From: Octopus sinensis
Lineage: Eukaryota
Reading direction: 5' to 3'
NCBI RefSeq assembly: GCF_006345805.1
Contig: NC_043006.1
Coordinates: 31,930,001-31,994,000 of the forward strand
Length of the DNA stretch: 64,000 nt
The position numbers and the translations under genes are program-made. This document shows, piece by piece, positions 52,203 through 64,000 of the stretch; within the stretch, counting starts at the first letter, position 1; each line of letters begins with the position of its first letter. The notes under the pieces were generated by a model. The model saw nothing but the letters and a program-made list of their open reading frames with translations. It had not been told where the DNA came from and made no database searches.

Positions 52203-53826
52203 ATCATCATCGTTTAACGTCTGTTTTCCATGCTGGCATGAGTTGGATGGTTTGACTGAGGTCTGGAGAGCCAGTGGCTGCACCAGGTTCCAATCCAATC
52301 TGGCAATGTTTCTACAGCTGGATGCCTTTCCTAACACCAACCACTCCAAGAGTGTAGCGGGTGCTTTTTATATGCTACCAGCATGGGAGCTAGTCAGGTG
52401 GACCTAGTTTTGACCATGTTCAGATGGTGCCTTTTATGTGCCATGGGCACAGGACCCAGTTAGGGGACACTGACATCGACCACGTTTGGATGATGCATTT
52501 TATGTGCCACTAGAATGGGAGCCAGTCAGGGGGCACTGGTCACAGCTACAATTTTGGTTTTACTTAACTCAATAGGTCTTCTCAAACATATATCACCCAA
52601 CACAGCAGGGGCACTCTTCAATGTTTGGGACATGCAACACTGGCATTGGCCATTACTGCGATCTCACTTTAGTTGCTGGGTCTTCACAATCACAGCATAT
52701 CTCCAAAGGTCTCAGCCTCCCATCATTGCCTCTGTGAGGCCCAATGTTCAAAGGCCATGCTTCACCACCTCATCCCATGTCTTCCTGGGTCTACCTCTTC
52801 CATAGGTTCCTTCCACAGTTAGGGTGTGGCACTTTCTCACACAGCTGTCCTCATCCATACATAACACATGACCGTACCTGTGCAGTTGTCTCTCTTGTAC
52901 ACCACATTTGATGCTTCTTGTGTCTAACTTTTCTCTCAGGGTGCTCACGCTCTGTTGTATATGTACACTGACATTACACATCCAGCAATCATACTAGCTT
53001 CATTTCTTTCTAGCCTACGCATGTCCTCAGTAGTCATGGCCCATGTTTCACTGCTGTGTAGCATAGCAGTTCGCACAATTGCATCATATAGTCTATCTTT
53101 CATCTTGAGTGAGAGGCCCTTAGTTGCCAGCAGAGGTAGGAGCTCTCTGAACTTCGTCCAGGTTATTTTTATTCTAGCCTCTACACTCTCAGAACAACAC
53201 CCACTACACACTTGGTCACCTAAGTAGTGGAAGCTATCATCTACTGCTAGTTTTCCCCGCTGGCATGTGATGGAATCTGTTTTCTGTACATCTTCAGTGT
53301 TTATTGCACCCGAGCATCTGCCACACAAAAACTATCTTCCCAGTTAACCTTCCTTTGATATTGCCACACCTTTTATGTGTCCATACTTACACCAGGTACA
53401 TTGTATGGAGTTTCTATCCATGCCTTTTCTACAGATCAAGTAGGGTCATCTACCTGAAGGGGTTTGTGATTTGTCAGCCTTCCTACTTAAGACTTTGGTT
53501 TTTGCTAGGTTGACCCTAAGGCCCTTTGATTCTAAACCTTGCTTCCACACCCTAAACTTTGTCTCTAGCTCTGGCAGTGACTCAGCTATTAGAGTAAGGT
53601 CATCAGCAGAGAGGATCTCCCAGATGCAGCCTATCTTGAATTCCTCTGTTATTGCCTGGAGGACTATAATGAATAAGAGGTGTGTGAGGACTGATCCTTG
53701 GTGAACTCCTTCTTCTACCTGGAATTCTTCACTATACTCATTGCCAACTCTCACCTTACTGACAGCATCCCAGTACAGGGCTTGTACAGCTCTTATCAAC
53801 CACTTATCTGTCCTCAGTTTCTGCAA
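52203..53826 (-). mobile_element. RTE-clade LINE 3' portion, frameshifted, with (GAT)n tail
   Basis: GVHQGSVL, SADD, CGRC, FHYLG and RGRPRKTW fragments in ORFs 53446-53847, 52945-53328 and 52748-52981; 3' end ...ccagcatggaaaacagacgttaaacgatgatgat. Confidence 0.92.
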
Positions 53827-55993
53827 AAGTTTTTTTCTGAATTTCACTGATGAATTTTGGCAACTTGTATCTCCATGTTATATCATTAGTTTGATAGAAC
53901 TTGTTGTCCAATCAGTGTTGAATTGTTTAGTCTTTATTTTCATACATAACATATAAAGATTAATTGTTTAATTTCTATTTTACAGCTTTGATAATGAGCA
54001 ATGAAAAATTGCCAAGTGATGAGAGGTTAAACTATGATAGAGGGACAGAAAACAGGTGTCTTGCTGTAGAGGAGATACATGACTACCCCAGTGAGAGAGA
54101 GAGAGAAGATGGTGTTGATGTGCCAGGGCATACCCTTAAGGTATAAGGAGGTGAATGTAAGTGGAGTGGAATGTAAAAGGATTGGACCGAGAGAGTGAGC
54201 AGGGAGTTCTTTGTGTCTTTCTGTTTGTCCACGCCATTGCTTGACAATCAGTGTTGCTTTGTTTATGTCCCTATAACTTAGCAGCTCAGCAAAACTGACA
54301 ATAAAATAAGTACCAGATTTTAAAAAAAATTGTAAGCACTGGTGTTGATTTGTTTGAATAAACCATTCAGTGTGGTTCCCCCAGCATGGTCACAGCCCAA
54401 TGACTGAAACCAATATAAAAAACAAATACTTTGTAAATGAATTCAAGCCACCTTTCTACTCTGAGGTTAAGAAGTTCATTTTGCAATCCCATGATTCCAG
54501 ATTTGGTCCCACCAACAGCACAGTGCTTTAGGCAAACAACTCCTACCAAAGCTTCAGGAAAATCGAAGGCCTTGTCAGAGGAAACTAAGCAAAAGTCCAT
54601 GGGATGGTAACAGGCATTCTGTTAGTTATGACAATAAATGTCCCAGCTGACCCAATCAACGGAACAGCCAGCTCATGAAATTAACATGCAAGTGGCTGAG
54701 TACTTCACAGACACGTGTACCCTTAATGTAGTTGTCATGGAGTTTCAGTGTGACACAGAATGTGACAAGGCTGGCCCCTTTTTGAATTACAGGTATGACT
54801 CATTTTTGGCAGCTGAGTGGACTGGAGCAATTCTTTTACTCGTTTCAGTCATTTGACTGCGGCCATGCTGGAGCACTGCCTTTAGTCAAACAAATCGACC
54901 CCAGGACTTATTCTTTGTAAGCCTAGTACTTATTCCATTGGTCTTTTCTGCTGAATGGCTAAGTTATGGCGACGTAAACACACCAACATCGGTTCTCAAG
55001 CGATGGTCGGGGGACAAACACAGACACATACCCAAATATATATATACAATGAGCCTCTTTCAGTTTTTGTCTACCAAATCCACTCACAAGGCTTTGGTGA
55101 GCCCAAGGTGCCATGCAGTGGAACTGAACTTGGAACTATGTGGTTAGGAAGCAAGCTTCTTACCACACAGCTACGCCCACACCAATGTGAAATAAAGTGT
55201 CTTGCTCAAGGACTCAATATGCTGCCAGGAATTGAACTCACGACCTTACGATCGATCGTGAGCCAAATACCCTGACCACTAAGCCATGCACCTTCACATG
55301 GGATGATAACTGTCCTGGGGGATAAATATAATCTGCCATTCTGTTAAACACCCCTATCTGATCCTCGGGGGTCAAGAGAGGAAGTCACTTTTTTGCAACA
55401 GGTCAGAAGATAACCTGGAAGTTGTAGTATTTCATTTGGCCCCTGTCCTCTTGTCAGTCTCAGAGTCCCTGAGTAAAGGTTGTGGCGTGCTCTGCTCTTT
55501 TTCCTGAGACTGAGTTACACACACACACACACGTATCTCTTACACGACCTTGTACTTTTGAGATGCTTTGGCATCTAGTTACAACCATCTCTTATCTTCT
55601 TTCCAACCATTACTACCCACCCTCATAATGCAGGGTAGCCATGCATCTCCTTTATAGCAATACACCTGGGTTTGTTCCTTTATCATACCCCCCACACGTT
55701 GTTGTGGGAACATCTTCCTTTTTGTTGTCCCTGCTTGTGTTGGTGACACAGGCATAAAAGTACCCAGTATACACAGCAAAATAGTTGGTAAAATGATTGG
55801 CATCCAGCCATAGAAGCTGGATACCAAAGCAGACATTGGAGCTTGATGCAGCCCTGCAGCTCACTGCATCCTGATAAACCATCCGACCCATGCCAGCACA
55901 GAAAGCAGACGTTAAATGATAATCACACACACACACACCCATACATATACACGATATATATATATATACATATTATCACATATTATAGACAGG

Positions 55994-56076
<83 letters not shown>
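55994..56076 (+). repeat. (GATA)n microsatellite; another at ~60823-60880
   Basis: Perfect tagatagata runs. Confidence 0.95.
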
Positions 56077-57470
56077 GTATAGGCATGGCTGTGTGGTTAA
56101 GACACTTGCTTTTCAACTACGTGGTTTCTGGTTCGGTTCCAGAGGACGGCACCTTTGGCAAATGTCTTTTACTATTGGCTGCCAATACATGAGAGTGAAT
56201 TTGGTAGACGAAAGTTGTAAGCAATTGTATAGATATGTGGGTGTTTGTCTTTGCCCCCACACTCCAACCGCTTGACAACCTGTGTCAGCTTGTTCGACTA
56301 AACCTTTCGAGTTGATCCCAATGATTTAAACAAAAGATACGCTTTACACACACACAAACTGATGTGTTGCCAAAAGTATGAAGGCGACCACACCTACGAT
56401 GATGACGAAGGAGGAAAAGGGGAGGCGCAGTGGGAGGACATGTAGGGAAAGAGGAGGAGGTTATGAGTAAAGAATGGAAAAGAAGTCTAAAGTTTAATTG
56501 AATGACAATAAGACAGAGTAATGAAATAACAGCACAGCTCCCATTATCAGCCACGATCAAGCGGACATGTGGTCGAAGTCGCTCCAATTGTGACCATCCC
56601 GTCTTATTTCAGACATACAATATCTAGTATTACATTAAGCAATAGTAAGGTAGTAGAACGGGATTTACGGGGAGATTTAGTTATTTCTAACAGGTCGGGC
56701 GACCACGTAAGAGACTTCCTTGTCGACCCGAATGTTGAACACAGTTTTTACTCTCGTGCTTCGCCGGCAGATTTGTTACAGCGTCGAGGAAATGCTTTCT
56801 GGTATTTCTTCCAGTTCTTTATGTTCTAAGTTCAAATACAAGCGAGGTCAACTCTGCCTTTCATCCCTCCGGGATCGATAAAGAAAGGTACTAACCAAGT
56901 AATGGCAAATGGTATTGATTAAACCCCTCCCCCTCGAAATCTGTGCCTAAATCAGAAACAATAGGGATTTCGTGCTTTTACTCGACTGATGACTTATTAC
57001 ACACACACCCACACTCTCTCTCTCACAGACACGTTATGTACATATACGTGTGAATATGCCAAGGAATTGTGCGTGTATGTGTATGAATGAATGAAGAAAT
57101 TTTTGAGGCAGTAGGTTCATTATAAATGGTTTCTCGGAGTACCCCCCACCTCAGTCAATGATCTGCCTTTACTAAAGGAATCATGTTGCAGACTAGACTT
57201 TTAAAATTGCTTGTAAATTTTCCGTGAACTTTTCTCTGGGTTATGTATGTTTGTATCTATGTCTGTATGTAAACTGTTTCCCCACCAACACCTATGCATA
57301 TGTCCGTCCAAAGCTGACAAACTCAGGCCGTCGCTACTCATTATTTCGTAGACTTGCTATCTGAAAAATCGCACCGAATAAACTCGACTGCATATATTGA
57401 GTACTTCCTTGAATTTCGCCCACCTCTCGTTTGTACATCCAAACGTACATATTTGTATTCGTTTAACGGC

Positions 57471-57504
<34 letters not shown>

Positions 57505-57580
57505 GAGTAAGCAAATTAATGCGAAACAAGGTGGAAAAAGAGTACTCAAATACCAGAGGTAGAGTAATATGCTTTATCGC

Positions 57581-57627
57581 AAAAACTGTTACTCAGAGTT
57601 TCACTATCCCGTTCGTCGGACAGTTTT
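57581..57627 (-). ncRNA. Hammerhead motif, antisense copy 1
   Basis: Reverse complement reads aaaactgt CCGACGA ACGGGATAGT GAAA CTCTGAG TA acagtttt; stem II weakened to 2 bp. Confidence 0.6.
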
Positions 57628-57641
57628 GATAGATTCTCAAC

Positions 57642-57687
57642 AAAACTGTCCGACGAACGGGGACGTGAAACTCTGAGTAACAGTTTT
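57642..57687 (+). ncRNA. Minimal type I hammerhead ribozyme motif, sense copy 1
   Basis: Stem I aaaactgt/acagtttt (8 bp), core CCGACGA (U4C), stem II ACG-ggga-CGT, GAAA, stem III CTC-t-GAG, cleavage triplet GUA (cut after 57679). Confidence 0.75.
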
Positions 57688-57715
57688 TGCGATACTTCTG
57701 CTGCTTTTCAATAAA

Positions 57716-57754
<39 letters not shown>

Positions 57755-57851
57755 GGAGTAAACACATATATGTGAAACAAGGTGGAAAAAAGAGTACTCA
57801 AATACCAGTGGTAGAGTAATATGCTTTATTTAAAGCAGCGGAAAATTCAAC

Positions 57852-57899
57852 AAAACTTGTTACTCTGAGTTTCACGTTCCCCTTCGTCGGACAGTTTTT
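57852..57899 (-). ncRNA. Hammerhead motif, antisense copy 2
   Basis: Reverse complement reads aaaaactgt CCGACGA AGGGGAACGT GAAA CTCAGAG TA acaagtttt; G-G mismatch in stem II and a bulge in stem I. Confidence 0.55.
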
Positions 57900-57903
57900 G
57901 CTA

Positions 57904-57949
57904 GAACTGTCCGACGAACGGGAACGTGAAACTCAGAGTAACAGGTTTT
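57904..57949 (+). ncRNA. Minimal type I hammerhead ribozyme motif, sense copy 2
   Basis: Stem I ctgt/acag, core CCGACGA, stem II ACG-ggaa-CGT, GAAA, stem III CTC-a-GAG, GUA (cut after 57940). Confidence 0.72.
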
Positions 57950-57977
57950 GTTGAATTTTCCGCTGCTTTAAATAAAG

Positions 57978-58011
<34 letters not shown>

Positions 58012-59505
58012 TACATTCATTAACTTATTAATGTTGGTTTTTATGTTCCGAAATCTCTTTTACATTATGATGGGTGTTACTCCATACTTTTGAAGAGTAC
58101 AAATCTATTATTCTTTAACAAGAATAGTACTGACAGAACTTTTGGCCAGCTAAACCATCACCGGACGATATGTGTGTGTGTGTGTGTACACAGAATAGAA
58201 AATAACTATAACCACGAGAGAAAAAAGTTAGCCTGGTGACTAATCAGACGAAATCAATACAGAATTTGATAATAACTACAACGTACAACTTAAAAATTTA
58301 AACAGACATTTTCTTTTTCAGATCTCTGAAAGAAACTCCGATTTAAACAGCAATGTCTAGGGCTACTTATTATTGTTTTGCCCCACGTCAGTTTTTGTAA
58401 GCAGACATATGACCTCATCAACGACGTTACAACTGTGACTCTCCAGTCTTACTTGTATACTGTCCTGTAATTTTGTTTGAAGAAAGTAGAGTACGATTTG
58501 AGAAAGATTCGGCTACTATCTCTAGCAGGATCAATGAACACGCTGTGGGCTCCCTTATTGATTTAAATAATATTTTAAATGAAATTTTGCAGTTGCGTTT
58601 ACGAAAATGTAGATGAAATTGTTTCTTTTTAATTAATTTTATTAAGAAAAAAAAAGTAACTGTATAAATTCCATTGAAAATTATGCATTATTAAGAAAGT
58701 TATGAGGAAACAAATACGATGGAAAAAGATGACAAATTGTCGTTTTAAGGCTAAACGTTTTACTTGGATTATATTGTAGTCGCTACAGTTTGCTTGGAAA
58801 TACTTGTTAGAAAACTTTGAAATGATATCTTATGGTAGTGTTAATAATTTCGACGTGTATTGTAGAAAGAGAGAGAGAGAGAGCAAGGGAGACAGGGGAA
58901 GGGAGAGAGAGAGCACTCCTACACACACTTTAAGAAAATTCCTCAACTTACTTGGCGGATGAGAGAGAACGACAGAGACAATAAACAGAGTCCAAACTTC
59001 ACAGTAACACAGCCGACAATGACAAAACTAACGAAAGAAATATCCCGAAAGTCCTTACAATGACAAATTACTACGTCACCACGAAAGTACTTAAAGGTTT
59101 ATTGAACGAGAAAGGAAATAAAAACGACTTGTCAACTAGTATACACACATGCTTGTCAACTGAATAAGATTATAAAGTGGAGCAGGGTACGTCATAGTAA
59201 AAGTAAAATAATCTAGTTTCTACGAAGGGTTCAGTTCAAAACGAGCCATTTATTTATAATTTTACTCAACATTAGGAGTCTCTACGTGGCCGATCGACCT
59301 GCTAGAAATAGTAACCTCAAATAAAACACTTTTCATTATAAAGGAATAAAAAATGTAGACTTGATTGTTTTCGATCATAGGTCTTAATTGATAAGGACTC
59401 ATCTGGCATGTATTATATACAGATCATACATACATACATACATACATACATAAATACATACATACATAAATACATACATACATACATACATACATATGCA
59501 TATAT

Positions 59506-59549
<44 letters not shown>

Positions 59550-59687
59550 CATACAGATCATAGATCTGTTTGATAAGGACCATAGATCTGTTTGATGTGG
59601 TTAAACGGATACATTTAATAGCCTATTTCTGTATATTTAAGAATATCACTTTTAATACCCTGAATGCAAGGAACAAGGAAGCCACCG

Positions 59688-59722
<35 letters not shown>

Positions 59723-60095
59723 GCATCATATTTTTTTGTTTTATTAGTCTAACTTCGTGGTTTTATTATTTTTTTCCCAGTCGTGAATGATAATTAGGAT
59801 TATGTGAGCCACGAAAAAACAAAAAAGGTCACGCACCACTGAGCCAGAACAACGCCGATAACCTATATCCCTTTTAAGTTTAAAATTAGTAAATTGCCAT
59901 CTTACACAGCTGTTCCTATTGATGTGTATAGATGACAATCTATGTGCTCTTTTGTTTGTCATTAGACTGCGGCCAAGCTGGGGCACCGCATTAAAGGATT
60001 TATAGCCAATCAAATTGACCCTAATGCTGGTATTTATTGTGTCGGTCACTTTTTGGTCAAACCGCTTAGTGATTGAGAGCGTGAACCCAAACTAG

Positions 60096-60312
60096 GGAAA
60101 GACTTCCTTTTGTACCCTCCCCGAACCCTACTTTATTATTATTATTATTAGTAGTAGTAGTAGTAGTATTTTTTGCAGAACCCCCCCACCCCGTTTTCGG
60201 GTACGGGGATTATGAATCTGAAAAAAAATTGCCAATTTTTTTTTTCAAATTCGTAATCTCCGTACCCGATCTGTAAAAAAAAAGGGGGTGGGGTACAAAA
60301 GGAAGTCTTTCC
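60096..60312. mobile_element. MITE with GG-terminal TIRs, internal hairpin and 8-bp TSD (Merlin-like)
   Basis: GGAAAGACTTCCTTTTGTACCC ... GGGGTACAAAAGGAAGTCTTTCC flanked by CAAACTAG (60088-60095, 60313-60320). Confidence 0.85.
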
Positions 60313-60820
60313 CAAACTAGTAACACAGAGGCACATATGCCATGCATACATACGATAGGCTTCAGTATAGTTTTCACCCAACAAATTCACTGATCAGCTT
60401 TGGTCTATAAGAGAGAAGACACCCAAGATGCCACGCCAACGAGCTCAGCTACGCTTTTCAACTAAACCCATACGATTTAGGTTCAGCTCCATTGAGTAGC
60501 ACCTTGGGTAAGCGTCTTCTAGCTAACGAATACACTGTGATTGAATTTAGTAGGCGGAAACTGCATGGAAGCCCGTCGTATATGTATGTATAAATGTGTA
60601 TACGTGTGTGCCGGCGGACGCGCATCTTTGTATGAGTCCCACCTTCACCTCATGAGAACCGGTGTTGGTTTGTTTAAGGGGATCAGTAGAACTGGTGTCG
60701 ACTTGTTGCATTAAATCCTTCAAGGCCATGCCCCACCGTGATTGGGACACCACCTTCGCTGAAACATCTAAGTAAAAATACAAAAGACTGAGTGTGTGTG
60801 TGTGTGTGTGAGAGAGAGTG

Positions 60821-60880
<60 letters not shown>

Positions 60881-61829
60881 CACACACACAGTAACAACGA
60901 GTTTGTGTGTGTATTTATGTCTATAGAGTATGTATACGAGCTGAGTGTGGATTCTAAGTCCTTGTGCCTTTCTGCTGGACTTTGTACATATTTTAATACG
61001 ACCTATGTATAAGCGAAGAACTCTGTCTCTGTCTCTCATATATATATATATAGAGAGAGATGTATGTATATTTATACATATGAGAGAGAGAGAGCAGATA
61101 ATTCAGCGTAGCTTCTCCGCCGCCACAGTCAAACATGAATATATACAATTAGACAGTCACTCACATATTTTCTACCAGTCAACTAGTTTCAGAGGCGGAA
61201 GGGTGAAGTACACAACATAATTGTCACCAACTCGTAAAAGTATTAATTGTGGATACCCTTTCACTTTCCCACTTGGCTCATATACAGAAGTTATGATTAT
61301 ATATTTATGTATATAAATAACCAGACCGAGTTAACGCTCAAGCATGTGCTTAGCGTATCTTTGAAGGGGTGTACTGTCAAGTTGTCTCTACTAATTAGGT
61401 CTACCAAGCTGCAAGTTATAAATTACAGTTTTTTTCCCCTCCTAATGTAATTAATTAGAAAGAATTGAAAAAAAATAGTATTTTTACATGTTGCCCTACT
61501 TAGAATTAAATACTTTGTTCATATTGTGTGTTGCTGTTTTAGCGTTAAACATATACAATTAAAAAAGAAATCAAGTTACATGTAATATAGTTTACGGAGT
61601 GGGGGTGGCCTGAAGGATGGCGAGGATGAAAAGAGAAGTTTTAACATTATTTTATATTCAGAAGTTCGCAGACAATGGATGTGTCGAGAAAACGTTTTGA
61701 ATTGGTTGTGCTTAGGGTATCAGTTGTCCTTTACACGCGCGCGCGCGAACTATTAGAGGTACCCAGCGTTGCCCGAATGCCAAAATGCCATTTGCATAGA
61801 AACATGTTATAGCAATTTAAAGCGGTTTT

Positions 61830-62243
61830 GGATCTTTTCGGTTTGAACGGCAGTTTTTTCTAGCGGTGTCATATGAAATTGTCACCCATAATTATGACCC
61901 TAGAATCGATCTATTGCATTTCAATCTGTTTTAGGGTTAGGATTAGGAGGAAGGGTATCTTTTTTTCTTCATAAATGTAAATAAACCCAATCTGTTTCTT
62001 AAACGAGGGACTTGTTCATACGGCACAGAATGTTTTTTTACCTCAATAGACGTCAGTGATTGGTTGAAATTGCAGAAATTGAAGAAGAAAAAAACAACAA
62101 ATATCTTACAAACTATAGAATTTTCTCAATAAAGCCAAGAGAAAAAGATGTTTTATAAACACATTATACCAATATACAAAGTTTGAAATTTTTTAATTTC
62201 CTAGAAATTATGTTAAAAACTGCCGTTCAAACCGAAAAGATCC
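61830..62243. mobile_element. MITE with ~29-bp TIRs and 8-bp TSD (Merlin-like)
   Basis: GGATCTTTTCGGTTTGAACGGCAGTTTTT ... AAAAACTGCCGTTCAAACCGAAAAGATCC, flanked by GCGGTTTT on both sides (61822-61829, 62244-62251). Confidence 0.85.
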
Positions 62244-62724
62244 GCGGTTTTTTTGTGGCACTTTTTTTTGTATATATTTATATTTACATATAATTTTTAT
62301 GATCTACAGCAAAGGGCATGTTTTTATGCCCACTAAATCAACTTTAAGATATTCAAGCTCTACAATTAACAGATGCGGATTTTCTAATGGCTTAGTCCTT
62401 ATGCCAGCTATCATTACAGGAGCCACACCATTCTTCATTGTCTGCAAAATCGGTCTCCATGATAATACTAAAAGTGAAATTCATTTGCTACAACTTGGAA
62501 GGTACGATTGCTTCTTTGTCTGGAAGCTTGATAAAACCAGGAAATTCTATGTATCAGCAAAACTTGGGCAGCACTTAGATAAGTCTCAGCAAGCAGGTGA
62601 TTCCTGGTTCAGTCCCTCTGCACAGCACCTTGAGCGAACGTCTTCTATTATAGCCCTGGGCTGACCAATGCTTTTTGAGTTAATTTGGTAGAAACTGTGT
62701 TGGAAACCTGTCATGTATATGGCG

Positions 62725-62910
62725 GAGGGTGCTGAAAAGTTCCTGGCTTTAAGGGTATCGTGATGGGTCTGGTTGGAGCCCCAACCTTCTGAGTTCTTTT
62801 ACAGGGCTTAGAAAAACTGAAGGACTACTGCAACATGTGTGGGAATCATAATTAACTGATCCTCCTGTATTTTCTTTTACCCAAAGTCAGGAACTTTTCA
62901 GTACACCCTT
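62725..62910. mobile_element. Mariner-derived MITE
   Basis: gagggtgctgaaaagttcctggcttt ... aaagtcaggaacttttcagtacaccctt inverted ends, resembling irritans-type mariner TIRs. Confidence 0.75.
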
Positions 62911-63081
62911 GTGTGTGTGTGTGTACCTATATGTTCCTGTTTGCAACACCCTCACCAATGCTTAACAACTGGTGTTGGTTTGTTTATATCCCCATATAAA
63001 ATGAGCACTGGAGTCAATTTAGTCAACTAAACACCTCAAGGAAGTGCTCCAGCATGGCTGCAGTCCAGTAACTGAAACAAA

Positions 63082-63470
63082 TCTTTATATATAAAAGTCA
63101 AGTTGTGTGTCTGTCTCCTACGATTTAGATTCCTAACTACTCCCACATTTTGCGGTGCAGCTTAACCAAAACCGGGTATCTTATAGTCGTGATTCATATC
63201 GAGCCCTTCTTAGTATTAGCGCGCGTCTACGATGAGTCTACGATTTTTAAAATAATTTACCATCATTTTTTTTTCCATTTTAATGCATTTTTTTCGCTAT
63301 TATATAAAGGAAGTAACTCTCTAAAAATGTCTACGATGAGTCAACGATTTAAAAAAAAATTTACCATAATTTTTTTCCCATTTTTAATGCATTTTTTGCT
63401 ATAACTCTCTAAAAATGCTTATATAGTTATTTCCCTTACAAATCCGAGCAACGCCGGGCGATACTGCTAG
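63082..63470 (+). mobile_element. Non-autonomous Helitron-like element
   Basis: A|TCTTTATATATAAAAG...gagcaacgccgggcgatactgCTAG|T: TC start, GC-rich subterminal hairpin, CTAG end, inserted at an AT site. Confidence 0.75.
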
Positions 63471-64000
63471 TAAATGGTAAAAATAGACTGGAAACCTAAG
63501 CTGTCAGAGATTCTGAAAAGGAACTTCTTTTGTGTCTCTTCTTCTTGGACACTATCTGAAAGGTTTGAAACCATGCTGGATTGAACCCACATAACCAGGC
63601 TTCATAACATTTTGAACATGTCTTGGAAAGATTACTTTACAAAAGAAAGATCCTTTTTTTTTCTTTTATCTTCTATTTGTTTCAGTTATTAGACTGTGGC
63701 CATGCTGGGGCACAGCCTTCAAGAATTTTTAGTTGAAAGAATTGACCCCAGGACTTCTTCTTTAAAACCTCGTACTTATTCAATCGGTCTCTTTTTGCTG
63801 AACCATTAAGACATAAACAAACCAACACCGGTTATCAAGTTGTGGTAGGGGTCAAACTCAGATACAAAAGCACACACACACACACACAATCGGTTTTTTT
63901 CCGTTTCTGTCTACCAAATTTTCTCACAACACTTTGATTGGCCTGAAGCTGTGGTAGAAGACACTTGCCCGAGGTGTCATACAGTGGGACCGAGTAAAAA

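Noticed and set aside
57503-57980. CRISPR-like reading of the repeated palindromic units
   Set aside because: Eukaryotic context, only two long units, no unique spacers and no cas genes; no CRISPR array was found anywhere in the window.

Overview
AT-rich, repeat-dense eukaryotic DNA. The (TA)n/(CATA)n/(GATA)n microsatellites and the SINE/RTE families look like an octopus (coleoid cephalopod) genome; this is an inference. One protein-coding gene is solidly supported: a minus-strand class I ADP-ribosylation factor (ARF1-like, 181 aa) in four coding exons (29421-29274, 29176-29066, 26924-26800, 15888-15727), with candidate non-coding first exons and promoter islands at about 35.5-39.2 kb. The rest is mostly mobile DNA: mariner and Tigger/pogo relics, three RTE-type LINE fragments carrying a PHD finger, a Penelope-like ORF fragment, several tRNA-derived SINE families, Helitron-like elements, piggyBac-like and Merlin-like MITEs, and long foldbacks. 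The standout signal is a set of minimal type I hammerhead ribozyme motifs. At 57.5-58.0 kb two tandem ~250-270 bp units each carry a hammerhead in both polarities as an inverted pair (retrozyme/viroid-like layout). Another hammerhead sits in the loop of a 300-bp foldback at 3.5-3.8 kb, and a hammerhead-like core lies inside a tRNA-headed SINE. Family names come from motif recognition, not database searches; repeat boundaries are approximate unless TSDs or splice sites are quoted.
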